Origin: Eledone cirrhosa
Taxonomy: Eukaryota
Assembly (NCBI GenBank): GCA_964016885.1
Contig: OZ024747.1
Span: 42,532,001 to 42,596,000, forward strand
Direction: 5' to 3'
DNA: 64,000 nt
Shown: positions 53,272-64,000 of the stretch, one piece after another
Position numbering within the stretch: the stretch's first letter is position 1
Layout of the letters: each line of letters starts with the position of its first letter
Made by a program: the position numbers and the translations under genes
Notes under the pieces: generated by a model
Databases searched by the model: none
What the model was told of the DNA's origin: nothing
The model's input: the letters and a program-made list of their open reading frames with translations, nothing else

Positions 53272-53995
53272 ATGTAATAAACAACATAAGACAATTATTC
53301 CATTTACCAAAGGTTTCACTACCGAGCTCGACACTAACGTCTGAAATCGTTCGTCAGAAAGAAATTTTATTTGAAGAGGATGTGAGATATGGATTTAAAA
53401 ACAAAGCCTAAAACAATTGAAAGCGATGCTGATATAAAATAAAATAACGGACGTAATGTAATAAGGAAAAATAATAAATATATATTTACACTTTGCCATT
53501 CTTCTCTGCTAAAATGTACCACTAGAGCTGATTCAAATTTTCCCAGCCAGCCATCCACCTAATCTACGAAGGTATTTTAGCCTACATATTGTCGTTAATA
53601 TTATGATGTTCCCTGCTGTATTAGCGTTAAATTTTCCCTGCTGTATTAGCGATAAATTTTCGAGGGTTTCTCTTAGTAGCTTTTTCATGTCGTTAATATT
53701 ATGATGTTCCCTGCTGTATTAGCGTTAAATTTTCCCTGCTGTATTAGCGATAAATTTTCGAGGGTTTCTCTTAGTAGCTTTTTTCATGACGTTATTATTG
53801 TTAATTTTACTGATGTAGTATTAACTTATTAACTTGGATATTTACCATGCGGTATTCTAATCCTATTGTATCTCTCTCAGTTATTTACCATGCGACCCTC
53901 AGTTCCTACCCCCCCCCCCCTCTATGCACTTCTTTAAGGCTTACTACCCTGTCTTTAACCTAATTCATTCAATCTGAAAATATTGAAGAGATAAG

Positions 53996-56900
53996 ACACT
54001 TTGCCATTCTTCTCTGCTAAAATGTACCACTAGAGCTGATTCAAATTTTCCCAGCCAGCCATCCACCTAATCTACGAAGGTATTTTAGCCTACATATTGT
54101 CGTTAATATTATGATGTTCCCTGCTGTATTAGCGTTAAATTTTCCCTGCTGTATTAGCGATAAATTTTCGAGGGTTTCTCTTAGTAGCTTTTTCATGTCG
54201 TTAATATTATGATGTTCCCTGCTGTATTAGCGTTAAATTTTCCCTGCTGTATTAGCGATAAATTTTCGAGGGTTTCTCTTAGTAGCTTTTTTCATGACGT
54301 TATTATTGTTAATTTTACTGATGTAGTATTAACTTGGATATTTACCATGCGACCCTCAGTTGTTAATTTTACTGATGTAGTATTAACTTGGATATTTACC
54401 ATGCGACCCTCAGTTCCTACCTCACAATTTCCCTCCCCCCCACCCCCACACACCACCATAGTCTATTCGACCAATCAAACCTAGCATGCCATTTCCACTG
54501 CTGCTGCTGCTACTACCTGCCTAACTAACTCTCTCCTCCTCTGGCGCATCCCAACACACCCTGCCATTACCCCACCACCACTGTCCTTCTAGCCCTCAAT
54601 TTTCCCACCGTTAGGGATGGATGAGCTGGGAATAAACGAGCAACTCTGAATCAATAGATGAAATATGAATCTGCGAGCTACCAAGCACCCACGTGAAGCG
54701 CCAACCCAGAGACCCTCCCCTACGAGTGTCGACAAATGCCCAAAACTCCGAGTTGGTACCATCAATGTAGGCTCAATGAAAGGAAGAGCAGGAGAAATCG
54801 TAGAAATGCTAGAGCGAAAGGAAGTTGATGTATGCTGTGTGCAAGAGACTAGATGGAGAGGAGGGTCTGCTAGAGTCCTTGTAGGAAAAAGCCAGTGCTA
54901 CAAATTTTTCTGGGTGGGAAATGACGATGGGATCGGTGGTGTAGGTATACTATTAGCTGACAAGTGGGTAGATAAAGTAATCTCAGTGTACAGGGTAAAT
55001 GCAAGAATCATTAAACTCAGACTAGTCCTGAATAAGACAATTACCACAATAATATCAGCTTACGCACCCCAATCGGGGCTGCCAGACGAACTTAAGGATA
55101 GGTTTTACGAGTCCCTAATACACACTACTGCTCTAACAGACGACAAGGACTTCCTAATCATTGCAGGAGATTTTAACGGACACGTAGGTAAACACTGCGA
55201 CGGCTTCAATAGAGTACATGGAGGCCATGGAGTTGGCACAAGGAATGAGGAAGGATTCAGACTTCTAGAATTCTGCGACGCCAATGACATGTCGATATGT
55301 AACACAAACTTTAAAAAACCCGACAACCACCTGATCACCTATAGATCAGGGGAGCACTCTAGTCAGTTAGATTTTATCCTCATCAGAGGACGTGACAGAT
55401 GGACGGTCGTAAACACAAAAGCCTTCCCTAGTGAGGAATGTACATCCCAACATAGCTTAGTTGTCAGCGACCTCACGGTCAGAACTAGACGAGCCCTGAA
55501 ACAGAGGCCAACCTGGAGAAGAAAGATCTGGAAGCTGAAAGTCCCCTCAACCAGTAACAGATTTAAAGATATTTTACTCAACGCCTACGACAGTAAAGAA
55601 GAACAGATAGAGACATTTAACGTAGAAGAGAACTGGGAGTTCCTAAAAAATAACTTACTAGAGGCGACGGATGAGGTTTGTGGCTGGAGTAAGACCTCAA
55701 GCAGGAGGAGAGTGACTTGGTGGTGGAACAATAAGGTAGATGAAGCAGTCAAGGCCAAGAGACAGGCATGGAAAGAATGGAAGAACGGGGGGAGCAGGGT
55801 ACATTACATAGAGACCAAGAGGGAAGCTAGGCGACAAGTATACTTAGCTAGGAGGGAAGCAGAGGATAGAAAATTCAAGCATGTTTTACAACGTGAGGAC
55901 CAGAAACAGGAGGTATTCAAGATTGCGAGCCAGTGTGTCAGAGATAGTTGTGATGTCATTGGAGAGAAGTGTATCCGGAATGATAAAGGTGAGCTTGCCC
56001 TCACAAGTGCTGAGAAGAAAGATGCATGGAAGAGTCATTATGATAGATTACTAAATGAGGAGAATGCATGGGAAGAAGAGACCCTACCCCACGTAGACCC
56101 TATAGAGGGACCAGCAGTACAAGTCAGCGGCAGCGTAGTAAGTAAGGCAATCAGAGATATGAAGATAGGGAAGGCAACCGGTCCATCGGGTATAGCTGCC
56201 GAGATGCTGAAGGCATCTGGGTCTGTAGGTCACACTATAACCACACGTATCGTTAACCAGGTAATACTAGAGGGGGCCATACCAAAAGATTGGTGCAGTA
56301 GCATCATTGTCAACTGCTACAAAGGTAAAGGCGATGCACTAGATAGAGGAAACTATAGAGGTATAAAGTTGATGGACCAGGTCATGAAAGTAACAGAAAG
56401 AGTTATAGCACAGCTGATTAGGGACCGGGTGAATATAGACGAGATGCAATTTGGGTTTGTTCCAGGGAAAGGCACCACTGATGCGCTCTTCCTTGTGAGG
56501 CAATTACAGGAAAAGTACCTAGCTAAAAGTAAGCCACTCTACTTGGCATTTGTCGACCTTGAGAAAGCCTTTGACAGAGTTCCACGTGCAGTAATCTGGT
56601 GGGCTCTTAGAAAACTAGGAGTAGATGAATGGCTTGTGAAAGCGGTACAAGCCATGTATAGGGGAGCAGTCAGCAAAGTTAGGATTGGCAATGAGTATAG
56701 CGAGGAATTTAGCGTACAGGTTGGGGTCCACCAGGGCTCTGTTCTTAGCCCTCTCCTGTTCATCATAGTCCTGCAGGCAATAACGGAGGAGTTTAAGACC
56801 GGATGCCCATGGGAACTCCTGTATGCTGATGACCTCGCACTCATAGCTGAATCTATGGTAGAACTAGAGAATAAATTCCAAACCTGGAAGCAGGGACTAG

Positions 56901-58088
56901 AGAGAAAGGGCCTCAAAGTCAACATGACAAAGACTAAGGTCCTTATAAGTAGACGAGAAAACAGAACCCAGATCCCCTCAGGGAAATGGCCTTGCTCAGT
57001 ATGTAGGAAAGGTGTAGGTAGGAACTCCATTCTTTGCCCCAAATGCAAACAATGGGTACACAAGAGATGTAGCGGGATCTCAGGAAGCTTAATTAAGAAT
57101 CTAGGATTCACATGCAGCAGCTGTGCTGAAACAGCAAGCAAACAGCCACAGGAAACAAGTACCACCAATCTCTGGGAGGGCCCTGTAGAAACAGTAGACA
57201 GCTTCTGCTACCTAGGTGACCGAATTAGCAACGGAGGTGGGTGCTCAGAAAGTACAATAACTAGGGTAAGAACGGGATGGAAGAAGTTTAGGGAACTACT
57301 ACCACTGCTAGCTGCAAAAGGCTTCTCCCTCAGAATGAAAGGCAGACTGTATGATGCGTGTATCCGAACAGCGATGTTGCATGGTAGTGAGACCTGGGCG
57401 CTGAAGGTGGAAGACTTACGTAGATTAGAGAGAAACGAAGCCTGCATGCTCCGATGGATGTGTAACAGTAATATACGTGAACGACAAAGCATAAATGAAT
57501 TGAGAGAGAGACTGAGCATAAGAGGAATCAAATGCTGCGTGCAGGAGAGGCGGTTACGCTGGTATGGACATGTGATGCGTATGAAGGATGACAGCTGCAT
57601 AAAAAGGTGCAGAGCACTAGAAGTTGATGGAAACCGCGGAGTGGGGAGACCCAAGATGACTTGGGATGAGGTGATAAAAGCCGACCTTACCCAACTACAC
57701 CTCTCAAAGTCAATGACACACGACCGTGACTTCTGGCGTCACGCAGTAATACAGGGTACCCGACCTCCCATGGGTACATGCTGAAGCATATAAACAATAT
57801 GCCCCCCCCCCCCCACCGCAAGGTGGCCGTGGAGGTGCCACGGCAAAAAAGGACCCAGCCCACACTGTAAAGTGGACGTGTAGGCGCCACGAAAAAGCAC
57901 CCAGCACTCACTGTAAATGAGGTTGGTGTTAGGAAGGGCATCCAGCTGTAGAAATCAAGCCAGATCAGTTCCTGTATGAGCAAGGCATGGTCAGCCGACC
58001 AGACACTGCCCACAACAGGACAACCCGTCTAACCCATGCTAGCGTGGAAGAACGGACGTAAAACGGTGATGATGATGATGATGATGAT
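53996..58088 (+). mobile_element. Near or fully full-length RTE LINE, antisense to the syntrophin gene; 5' boundary uncertain (53488, 53996 or ~54420)
   Basis: Single ORF, a 3' UTR with ~50-bp tandem units, and a (GAT)n tail ending ~58088. No long TSD recognised. Confidence 0.85.
54665..57784 (+). CDS. Intact RTE-clade non-LTR retrotransposon ORF (1039 aa): APE endonuclease + reverse transcriptase with inserted PHD-type zinc finger
   Basis: APE motifs GTINV, CVQETRW, SAYAPQ, GDFNGH, LDFIL, SQHSLV. RT motifs NYRGIKL, QFGF, FVDLEKAFDRV, GVHQGSVLSPLLF, LLYADD, FCYLG. RTE C-terminus RLRWYGH..GRPK.TW. No stops. Confidence 0.96.
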   Translation: MNLRATKHPREAPTQRPSPTSVDKCPKLRVGTINVGSMKGRAGEIVEMLERKEVDVCCVQETRWRGGSARVLVGKSQCYKFFWVGNDDGIGGVGILLADKWVDKVISVYRVNARIIKLRLVLNKTITTIISAYAPQSGLPDELKDRFYESLIHTTALTDDKDFLIIAGDFNGHVGKHCDGFNRVHGGHGVGTRNEEGFRLLEFCDANDMSICNTNFKKPDNHLITYRSGEHSSQLDFILIRGRDRWTVVNTKAFPSEECTSQHSLVVSDLTVRTRRALKQRPTWRRKIWKLKVPSTSNRFKDILLNAYDSKEEQIETFNVEENWEFLKNNLLEATDEVCGWSKTSSRRRVTWWWNNKVDEAVKAKRQAWKEWKNGGSRVHYIETKREARRQVYLARREAEDRKFKHVLQREDQKQEVFKIASQCVRDSCDVIGEKCIRNDKGELALTSAEKKDAWKSHYDRLLNEENAWEEETLPHVDPIEGPAVQVSGSVVSKAIRDMKIGKATGPSGIAAEMLKASGSVGHTITTRIVNQVILEGAIPKDWCSSIIVNCYKGKGDALDRGNYRGIKLMDQVMKVTERVIAQLIRDRVNIDEMQFGFVPGKGTTDALFLVRQLQEKYLAKSKPLYLAFVDLEKAFDRVPRAVIWWALRKLGVDEWLVKAVQAMYRGAVSKVRIGNEYSEEFSVQVGVHQGSVLSPLLFIIVLQAITEEFKTGCPWELLYADDLALIAESMVELENKFQTWKQGLERKGLKVNMTKTKVLISRRENRTQIPSGKWPCSVCRKGVGRNSILCPKCKQWVHKRCSGISGSLIKNLGFTCSSCAETASKQPQETSTTNLWEGPVETVDSFCYLGDRISNGGGCSESTITRVRTGWKKFRELLPLLAAKGFSLRMKGRLYDACIRTAMLHGSETWALKVEDLRRLERNEACMLRWMCNSNIRERQSINELRERLSIRGIKCCVQERRLRWYGHVMRMKDDSCIKRCRALEVDGNRGVGRPKMTWDEVIKADLTQLHLSKSMTHDRDFWRHAVIQGTRPPMGTC

Positions 58089-58539
58089 ATATATATATAT
58101 AGAAATATTAAAACAATGAAATTAAACACAAAACTTAATTCATAGTAAAACACATTATTTTATTATCGTTTCTGGGGGGTAGTTCTCTGTATGTTCATTC
58201 AATTATTGATCTATGTAAAACATATTACAAAATAACATAGTGATAAAAAAATACATACGTCTTCACTACCCGCCGTCTATATATAAATATGCACATACAT
58301 ATATAAGCATCTTCCCATGCATATAATAATGCTCACACACATAAACATACGTACATGCACACACACATATACACATACACATACATACACAAGTACATAT
58401 ACATAGACACATGCATATACATACGAACACATACACGTATATATACACATATATATATATAACCAAGGAAGTGTGGTAAAGAACCAGGTGGACCATAATG
58501 CACCAGAGTACTCAATACTTAGGGTAGTAGAGTGGGTAA

Positions 58540-60273
58540 TAGGGAAATGTTCAAGACCCCGATGGCAGAGCTCAAGCCGTTTCGATGGCTATTTCTGGAC
58601 TAAATTAGATTTTTAGCATGGTAATAAATAGCCAAACTTTTCAAGGGGTAATTCCATATATGGGGAGATTGTAGTTGTCAAAAGGATTGGTCAAAATTTC
58701 TTGTAAACACATTTAAATCTTTCATGGCAGTGGGTGGGAGGCTGGGGTCACTGAACTTGCCTGTAGAACAATGAGGGAGTGGGTGGAGCCAGTCAAGCAT
58801 TGAAAGTGAATTCTATACAGCAAATTCTAAGGAGTGTGGATGAAATTAAGCTAGCTAGAAAGCAGGCAAAAAAAGAATTCTGGAGGAATCTGAGAGTAGG
58901 AAGTTATAAACAACACCAATCGGGAAAATCTTCTTTAGGCTCCTCGAAAAACACTTCCCACCACAACACCGCTACCACAACATAATCAACAAAAACACTA
59001 TCAAACTCTCCTACAGCACCACACCCAACTTCGCACAAAACATCACCTCCTCAAACAACAAGAAACTCAACTCATATGGAAGAAACAATCTAGACATTAG
59101 TGGAGAGCCAACCAGGAGGTCTAACTGCCCTGATAGATCTACATGTCCCCTCAACAACAGATGCCGAGAATGTAACGTGATCTACCAATGCAGCATGGGG
59201 ACGGAAAACTCCAACAAAGTCTATATAGGATTAACCGCTTGTGACTTTAAGACTCGGCTCTACCAACACCGACATACGTTCAGAAACCTGGCCCGGCGAC
59301 ATGCCACTACACTTTCGGGCCATATCTGGGACCTCCAAGATAATAACATCACATACCATCTTACTTGGAGCTTACTTTTCAGGGTTAACTCCTGTACGGG
59401 AGGACGCTGTCCATGTAACTTATGCTCGGAGGAAACAATACAAATATTGTTTACGAAGGACCAACTTCTAAATAAAAAAGACAAACTTGTAACCGCATGG
59501 ATACACCGATTGCGTAGGACTTACCTTGCCCTCAAACCCCCTCATAACCCAGGTGGGTAGACAATGGCTGTAACATCCTTCTTTTCCCCACTTGCCGAAC
59601 AAGATAGGGGAAACCCCAGCATACATAGGTAGATGTACTTCTTTTCTTTTTTCCCTCTATCTCTTCTTCTCACTTCCTTCCACTCCCTCTCCTTTTCCTT
59701 TTTCCTCTTTCGCTTACCCTGAGGCAGCACATCGGGCTTTTGTAGCCTCAGTACCCTCACCCCAGTAAATTCTATATAGTATTGGCCGATAACGCAATAC
59801 CAGCTAAAAATATAGCAGCTGTTTTAGACTCGTCTTTATTTTATCATTTAATTTTTTAATATTATTTCTATTTATTATTTTTTAATTTCAATTTATTAAC
59901 TTTTTAATTTTATAACTTCCCACTCTCAGATTCCTCCAGAATTCTTTTTTCACCTGCTTTCTAGCTAGCCTAATTTCATCTACACTCCTTAGAATTTGCT
60001 GTATAGAATTCACTTTCAACGCTTGACCGGCTCCACCCACTTCCTCATTGTTCTACAGGCAAGTTCAGCCACCCCCATCCCCCACCCACCACCATGAAAG
60101 ATTTGTGTTTACAAGAAATTTTGACCAATCCTTTTTGACAACTAAAATCTTTCCATATATGGAATTACCCCTTGAAAAGTTTGGCTATTTATTACTATGC
60201 TAAAATTCTAATTTAGTCCAGAAATAGCCGTTGAAACGGCTTGAGCTCTGCCGTCGGGGTCAAACATTTTCCT
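58540..60273 (+). mobile_element. 5'-truncated Penelope-like element (GIY-YIG endonuclease remnant) with ~365-bp inverted terminal segments
   Basis: NKNTIKLSYS..CPLNNRC..NVIYQC..KVYIGLT..FKTR..H..CNLC.EE..LLNKKD at ~58980-59560. 58540-58910 is the reverse complement of 59909-60273. Confidence 0.88.
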
Positions 60274-60340
60274 ATATATATATATATATACATAAACACA
60301 CACACACACACATATATACATACACACACACACACACGTG

Positions 60341-60375
<35 letters not shown>

Positions 60376-62900
60376 TCATCATCATCATTTTACATCCGCT
60401 GTTCCCTGCTTGCAAGGGTGGGACGGGAACTGATTCTGGCTTGATTTCTACAGCTGGATGCCCTTCCTAACACCAACCTCATTTACAGTGAGTGCTGGGT
60501 GCTTTTTTGCCGTGGCACCTCCACGACCACTTTGCATTTCTACAGCTGAGTAAACTGGAGCAATGTGAAGTAAAGTGTCTTGCTCAAGGAAACAACACAT
60601 CACATTAAAGGTTAAACAAGGTTCGATGAATAAATCAAAGAATTAGTTTTACAATAGATTCTTTATCACAACTTATATGGTCATTAAAAGACAAAAACTT
60701 AAAATACTCGATTTCTTGGGCGAAGTTATGTAATAGTAGAATTTATTTGAATTCGTCAATATCATCTAACTGCAACCTCTTTACCATGGAGACCCTTTTA
60801 ATAATTACTGATTGTGAAAATTTAATTAACAAAAAGAGTGAATTATTCTCAAACTGCCTTCATAAAGCTCTGTCTACATTCCAAGCCTCGCAAAAAGTCA
60901 GGAAAAAACACTAAATAAGCAAGTTATTATTTTTGACATCGCTTATCAACTGTGTACCTAAAACGTTATAACTGATTATAAAACTTTAATAATTTTTATT
61001 TTTTAATTCTTTTATGATATGATTAATGTTAGATTAAAGGGTCCTGTTAAGGTATATAAACATATTATTGATTAACATGATCTCTTGAGGAATGTACATA
61101 TCTTTTGATTGTTAAGATATATTTAATTTTTGACTGGGATTCTTGTATATTTTTTTAAATATAAGGCTTATACGCCTAACAATTATAATGTACCGTAAAT
61201 CATTCATGCATTTATGTTTTTGTATATTTTTTTTATCTAGAGTATGTTTTACGATTCAGGAAGTTTGATTTATATATATTTACGGTATATGCATCACACA
61301 CCATACTAGTCGACGATCTTTTTTCCACTTATCTTCATGTAAAACTTCAATTATAACATTACTAACAATGATTGTACTATTTATTTATTATATGTATATC
61401 GATCACTAATATCTAGAATACTCTATTTATATTTGAACAAATCTGTATAGCTAGTATAATAACATGCTTCTAGTTACATTTATAAGTATTTTAAATACTT
61501 TAATGACTTTCTAGTGTTATAAACGTTAAATATTTTCTAAACTCTCTAAGTTATATAACGATTATTATTGATAAGTATATACTTTAATGATTTTCTAGTG
61601 TTATAATCGTTAAATATGTTCTAAATATTTTCTAAATTTTCTAAGTTATATAACGATTATTATTTAATTTAATTCAATTAAATTTGGCTTACCTTCGGGT
61701 CAATGAAATCCTTACGCTTTCTCTTTCTCATGTTTACAGACACATTATACTACTATATAAATTTATAAAGAAAATCTAAGATCGCAGACAATTCATTTTT
61801 TTTACTTTGAATCAGATTCTTATCCGCACGATTCAAGAAGTTTGACTTGCATATTTATAGTATATATGTGTTACATGACCTTATTATAATAATTGATCTA
61901 AAACCTTAATTTTTAACAATATTATCAGTAACTTATTTATTGTATTATATTATGTTATATATAAATGATAGGTATCATCTTAATCTTTAGACAATATAAT
62001 CTTTGTTTATATTTAGACAAATGCATATATCTAATTTAATAATAAACTTTTTAAAGTTTAATTATAAGGCCTTTTGATGCTTTAAGGTATTCTAATTGTT
62101 AAGCTGACTTTTAAAAAAATTATATCTTCAATATAATAATTAAATATATTATAATACAATTATTAAGATTTATCTTAGAGAGGATGAAAATAGCATGTTT
62201 TTCTCTCTCATGTTTACAAATAGTTTAAAAATGAATTCATAAAATATGATTTTATAAATTAAATATGATAGTATACTTTAATATTAATACAGATATTTAT
62301 AAACTTTTATAGCCTGAAATATTATACACTTTAATTAATTCATTACTCTGAACTAACTTAAATGATTTGAAAGTTAATGGTCAACCGGACACATTTGGAT
62401 AGTATATATAACTAATTAACTGAGGAAATTAACCTTTATTGATTACACCCAGTTATATTTAGGATTTAGATTGATGGATAATTCAATAATTCAACGATTT
62501 CAGTTTACTCTATCGCATAGCTATGCCCAAATGTATAGTTGTGTATGATATATATCATACATAACTATACATCCCTCCCTATAATTATTCCTCTTTGTCT
62601 CCCTTTCCTTGATAAATTCTCCTTTGCTCTCTATATCTCTTCTATCTATATTTTCCCCTCATATGTTTTCTCTCTGTCTTTTTTCTTTCCTCTTTCTTCA
62701 ATAATTATTTGAATCTCTAACAGTTATGTAAATTACTGTTATGTATTTATAAACTTTCTTACACGCACCCTCTGTATTATATGTAAGTTTTTTCATGTAC
62801 CAATCTTAAGGTATATAAATATTGAGTTTTGTCATATCTTACTCACTACCATGACTGGATCTTAACCATCTTCTATGTTTGGGTATGTCATGCATCATCT

Positions 62901-62967
62901 TATTTTATCTGATGAGGACGTACTGTTGAAGTTAGCTCAGTACCTCTGAAATATGTATAATAAAATA
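62901..62967 (+). ncRNA. Type I hammerhead ribozyme motif
   Basis: tattttat-CTGATGA-ggacgtactg..cagtacctct-GAAA-tatgta-TA-ataaaata. Confidence 0.68.
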
Positions 62968-63168
62968 TACTTGATCACAATGAAGTTCTATTTTTGTTAA
63001 TATTTTGAATGAATATATATATATATATATATATGTAGATAAATCTACCAAGAGTTTACGGTAGTGTCCAATCCGTATGAAGAACTCAATGTAATCCGGA
63101 TATCATGGAAAGAAGAGATGCAATGAAAAATCACTTTCGGTGAAAGATAAACGGAAAACAGAGTCAAG

Positions 63169-63561
63169 ATAAAATATTAAAAAAATAATGAATAAAACAA
63201 TGAAGCAGTTCCTTATATTAAACAAAAAAAGTTCATTATTTAACGATCGTTTCTAGGATATATATGTGTTAGAATTGGCATGCATATTCAACAGATCTAT
63301 GTACAAAATTATACAAACTATCAAAATTAAATATACATACCAAACACATATATATGCCGTCTTCAGAAATTTCTGAAGACGGCATATATATGTGTTTGGT
63401 ATGTATATTTAATTTTGATAGTTTGTATAATTTTGTACATAGATCTGTTGAATATGCATGCCAATTCTAACACATATATATCCTAGAAACGATCGTTAAA
63501 TAATGAACTTTTTTTGTTTAATATAAGGAACTGCTTCATTGTTTTATTCATTATTTTTTTA

Positions 63562-63570
<9 letters not shown>
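63169..63570. repeat. Perfect spacerless palindrome, 2 x 201 bp
   Basis: Centre ...CTTCAGAAA|TTTCTGAAG... at 63369/63370; arms match by eye out to 63169/63570. Confidence 0.95.
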
Positions 63571-63629
<59 letters not shown>

Positions 63630-63630
<1 letters not shown>

Positions 63631-64000
63631 CTATATATATAAACTTGTTGTTCCTGTCTGTTTGTTTGGTTGGTTGTTTCTTTGTTCACGAACTCCTCTT
63701 ATGGTTTTGGAGATAGACCCCCCTTAACCATATATATTCTGAAACTACATTGCCCAGGGTACTTGGATAAGTATATTTCATTTCAATCAAAGGGCACAAA
63801 ACCCCCGCTGAAAATTTTTCCCCTTCAATTTACATTAAATGTAAACCATAGGTAAATGACAAGATATGATGCCTATTCACAAAATTTCGGCAAATTTCAA
63901 TAATATTAAGACACCCTAATGGGGGTTAAACCCCCTATTAGGGTTCCCCGGGGGCACAAAGACCCGCTGAAAATTTTTTTCCTTCAACATATATGAAATT
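63630..64000 (+). mobile_element. Probable Helitron-like non-autonomous element, 5' part
   Basis: Starts TCTATATATA followed by (GTTT/GTCT)n. Similar starts at ~5838 and ~42458. Confidence 0.45.

Noticed and set aside
55105-58013. Antisense ORFs inside the LINE
   Set aside because: Shadow frames of the long sense ORF; no independent motifs.
61693-61731. Possible first exon MRKRKRKDFIDPK|GTAAGC (minus strand)
   Set aside because: Good donor but no syntrophin similarity, and the ATG context is repeated at ~62200; needs RNA evidence.

Overview
AT-rich, repeat-dense animal genomic DNA. The SINE, RTE and microsatellite repertoire looks like a coleoid cephalopod (octopus); this is inference. The only host gene I can support is a minus-strand gamma-syntrophin (SNTG1/2-like). 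I reconstructed 8 coding exons by hand (two PDZ exons, a linker microexon and PH exons). Their splice phases are consistent and one intron is GC-AG. The gene runs off the left edge and its N-terminal exon(s) were not found. The introns and upstream region hold one intact 1039-aa RTE-clade LINE ORF (APE + RT) with a C4HC3 PHD-type finger inserted inside the RT, plus many truncated relatives. Also present: Penelope-like GIY-YIG remnants (one with ~365-bp inverted termini), several hammerhead-ribozyme-like motifs, Helitron, Gypsy and CRE-like remnants, TTAA MITEs, two tRNA-SINE groups, a ~4-kb satellite, a minisatellite derived from the LINE 3' UTR and a perfect 402-bp palindrome. Most short ORFs in the supplied track are microsatellite or antisense artefacts. 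All calls were made by eye; no searches were run.
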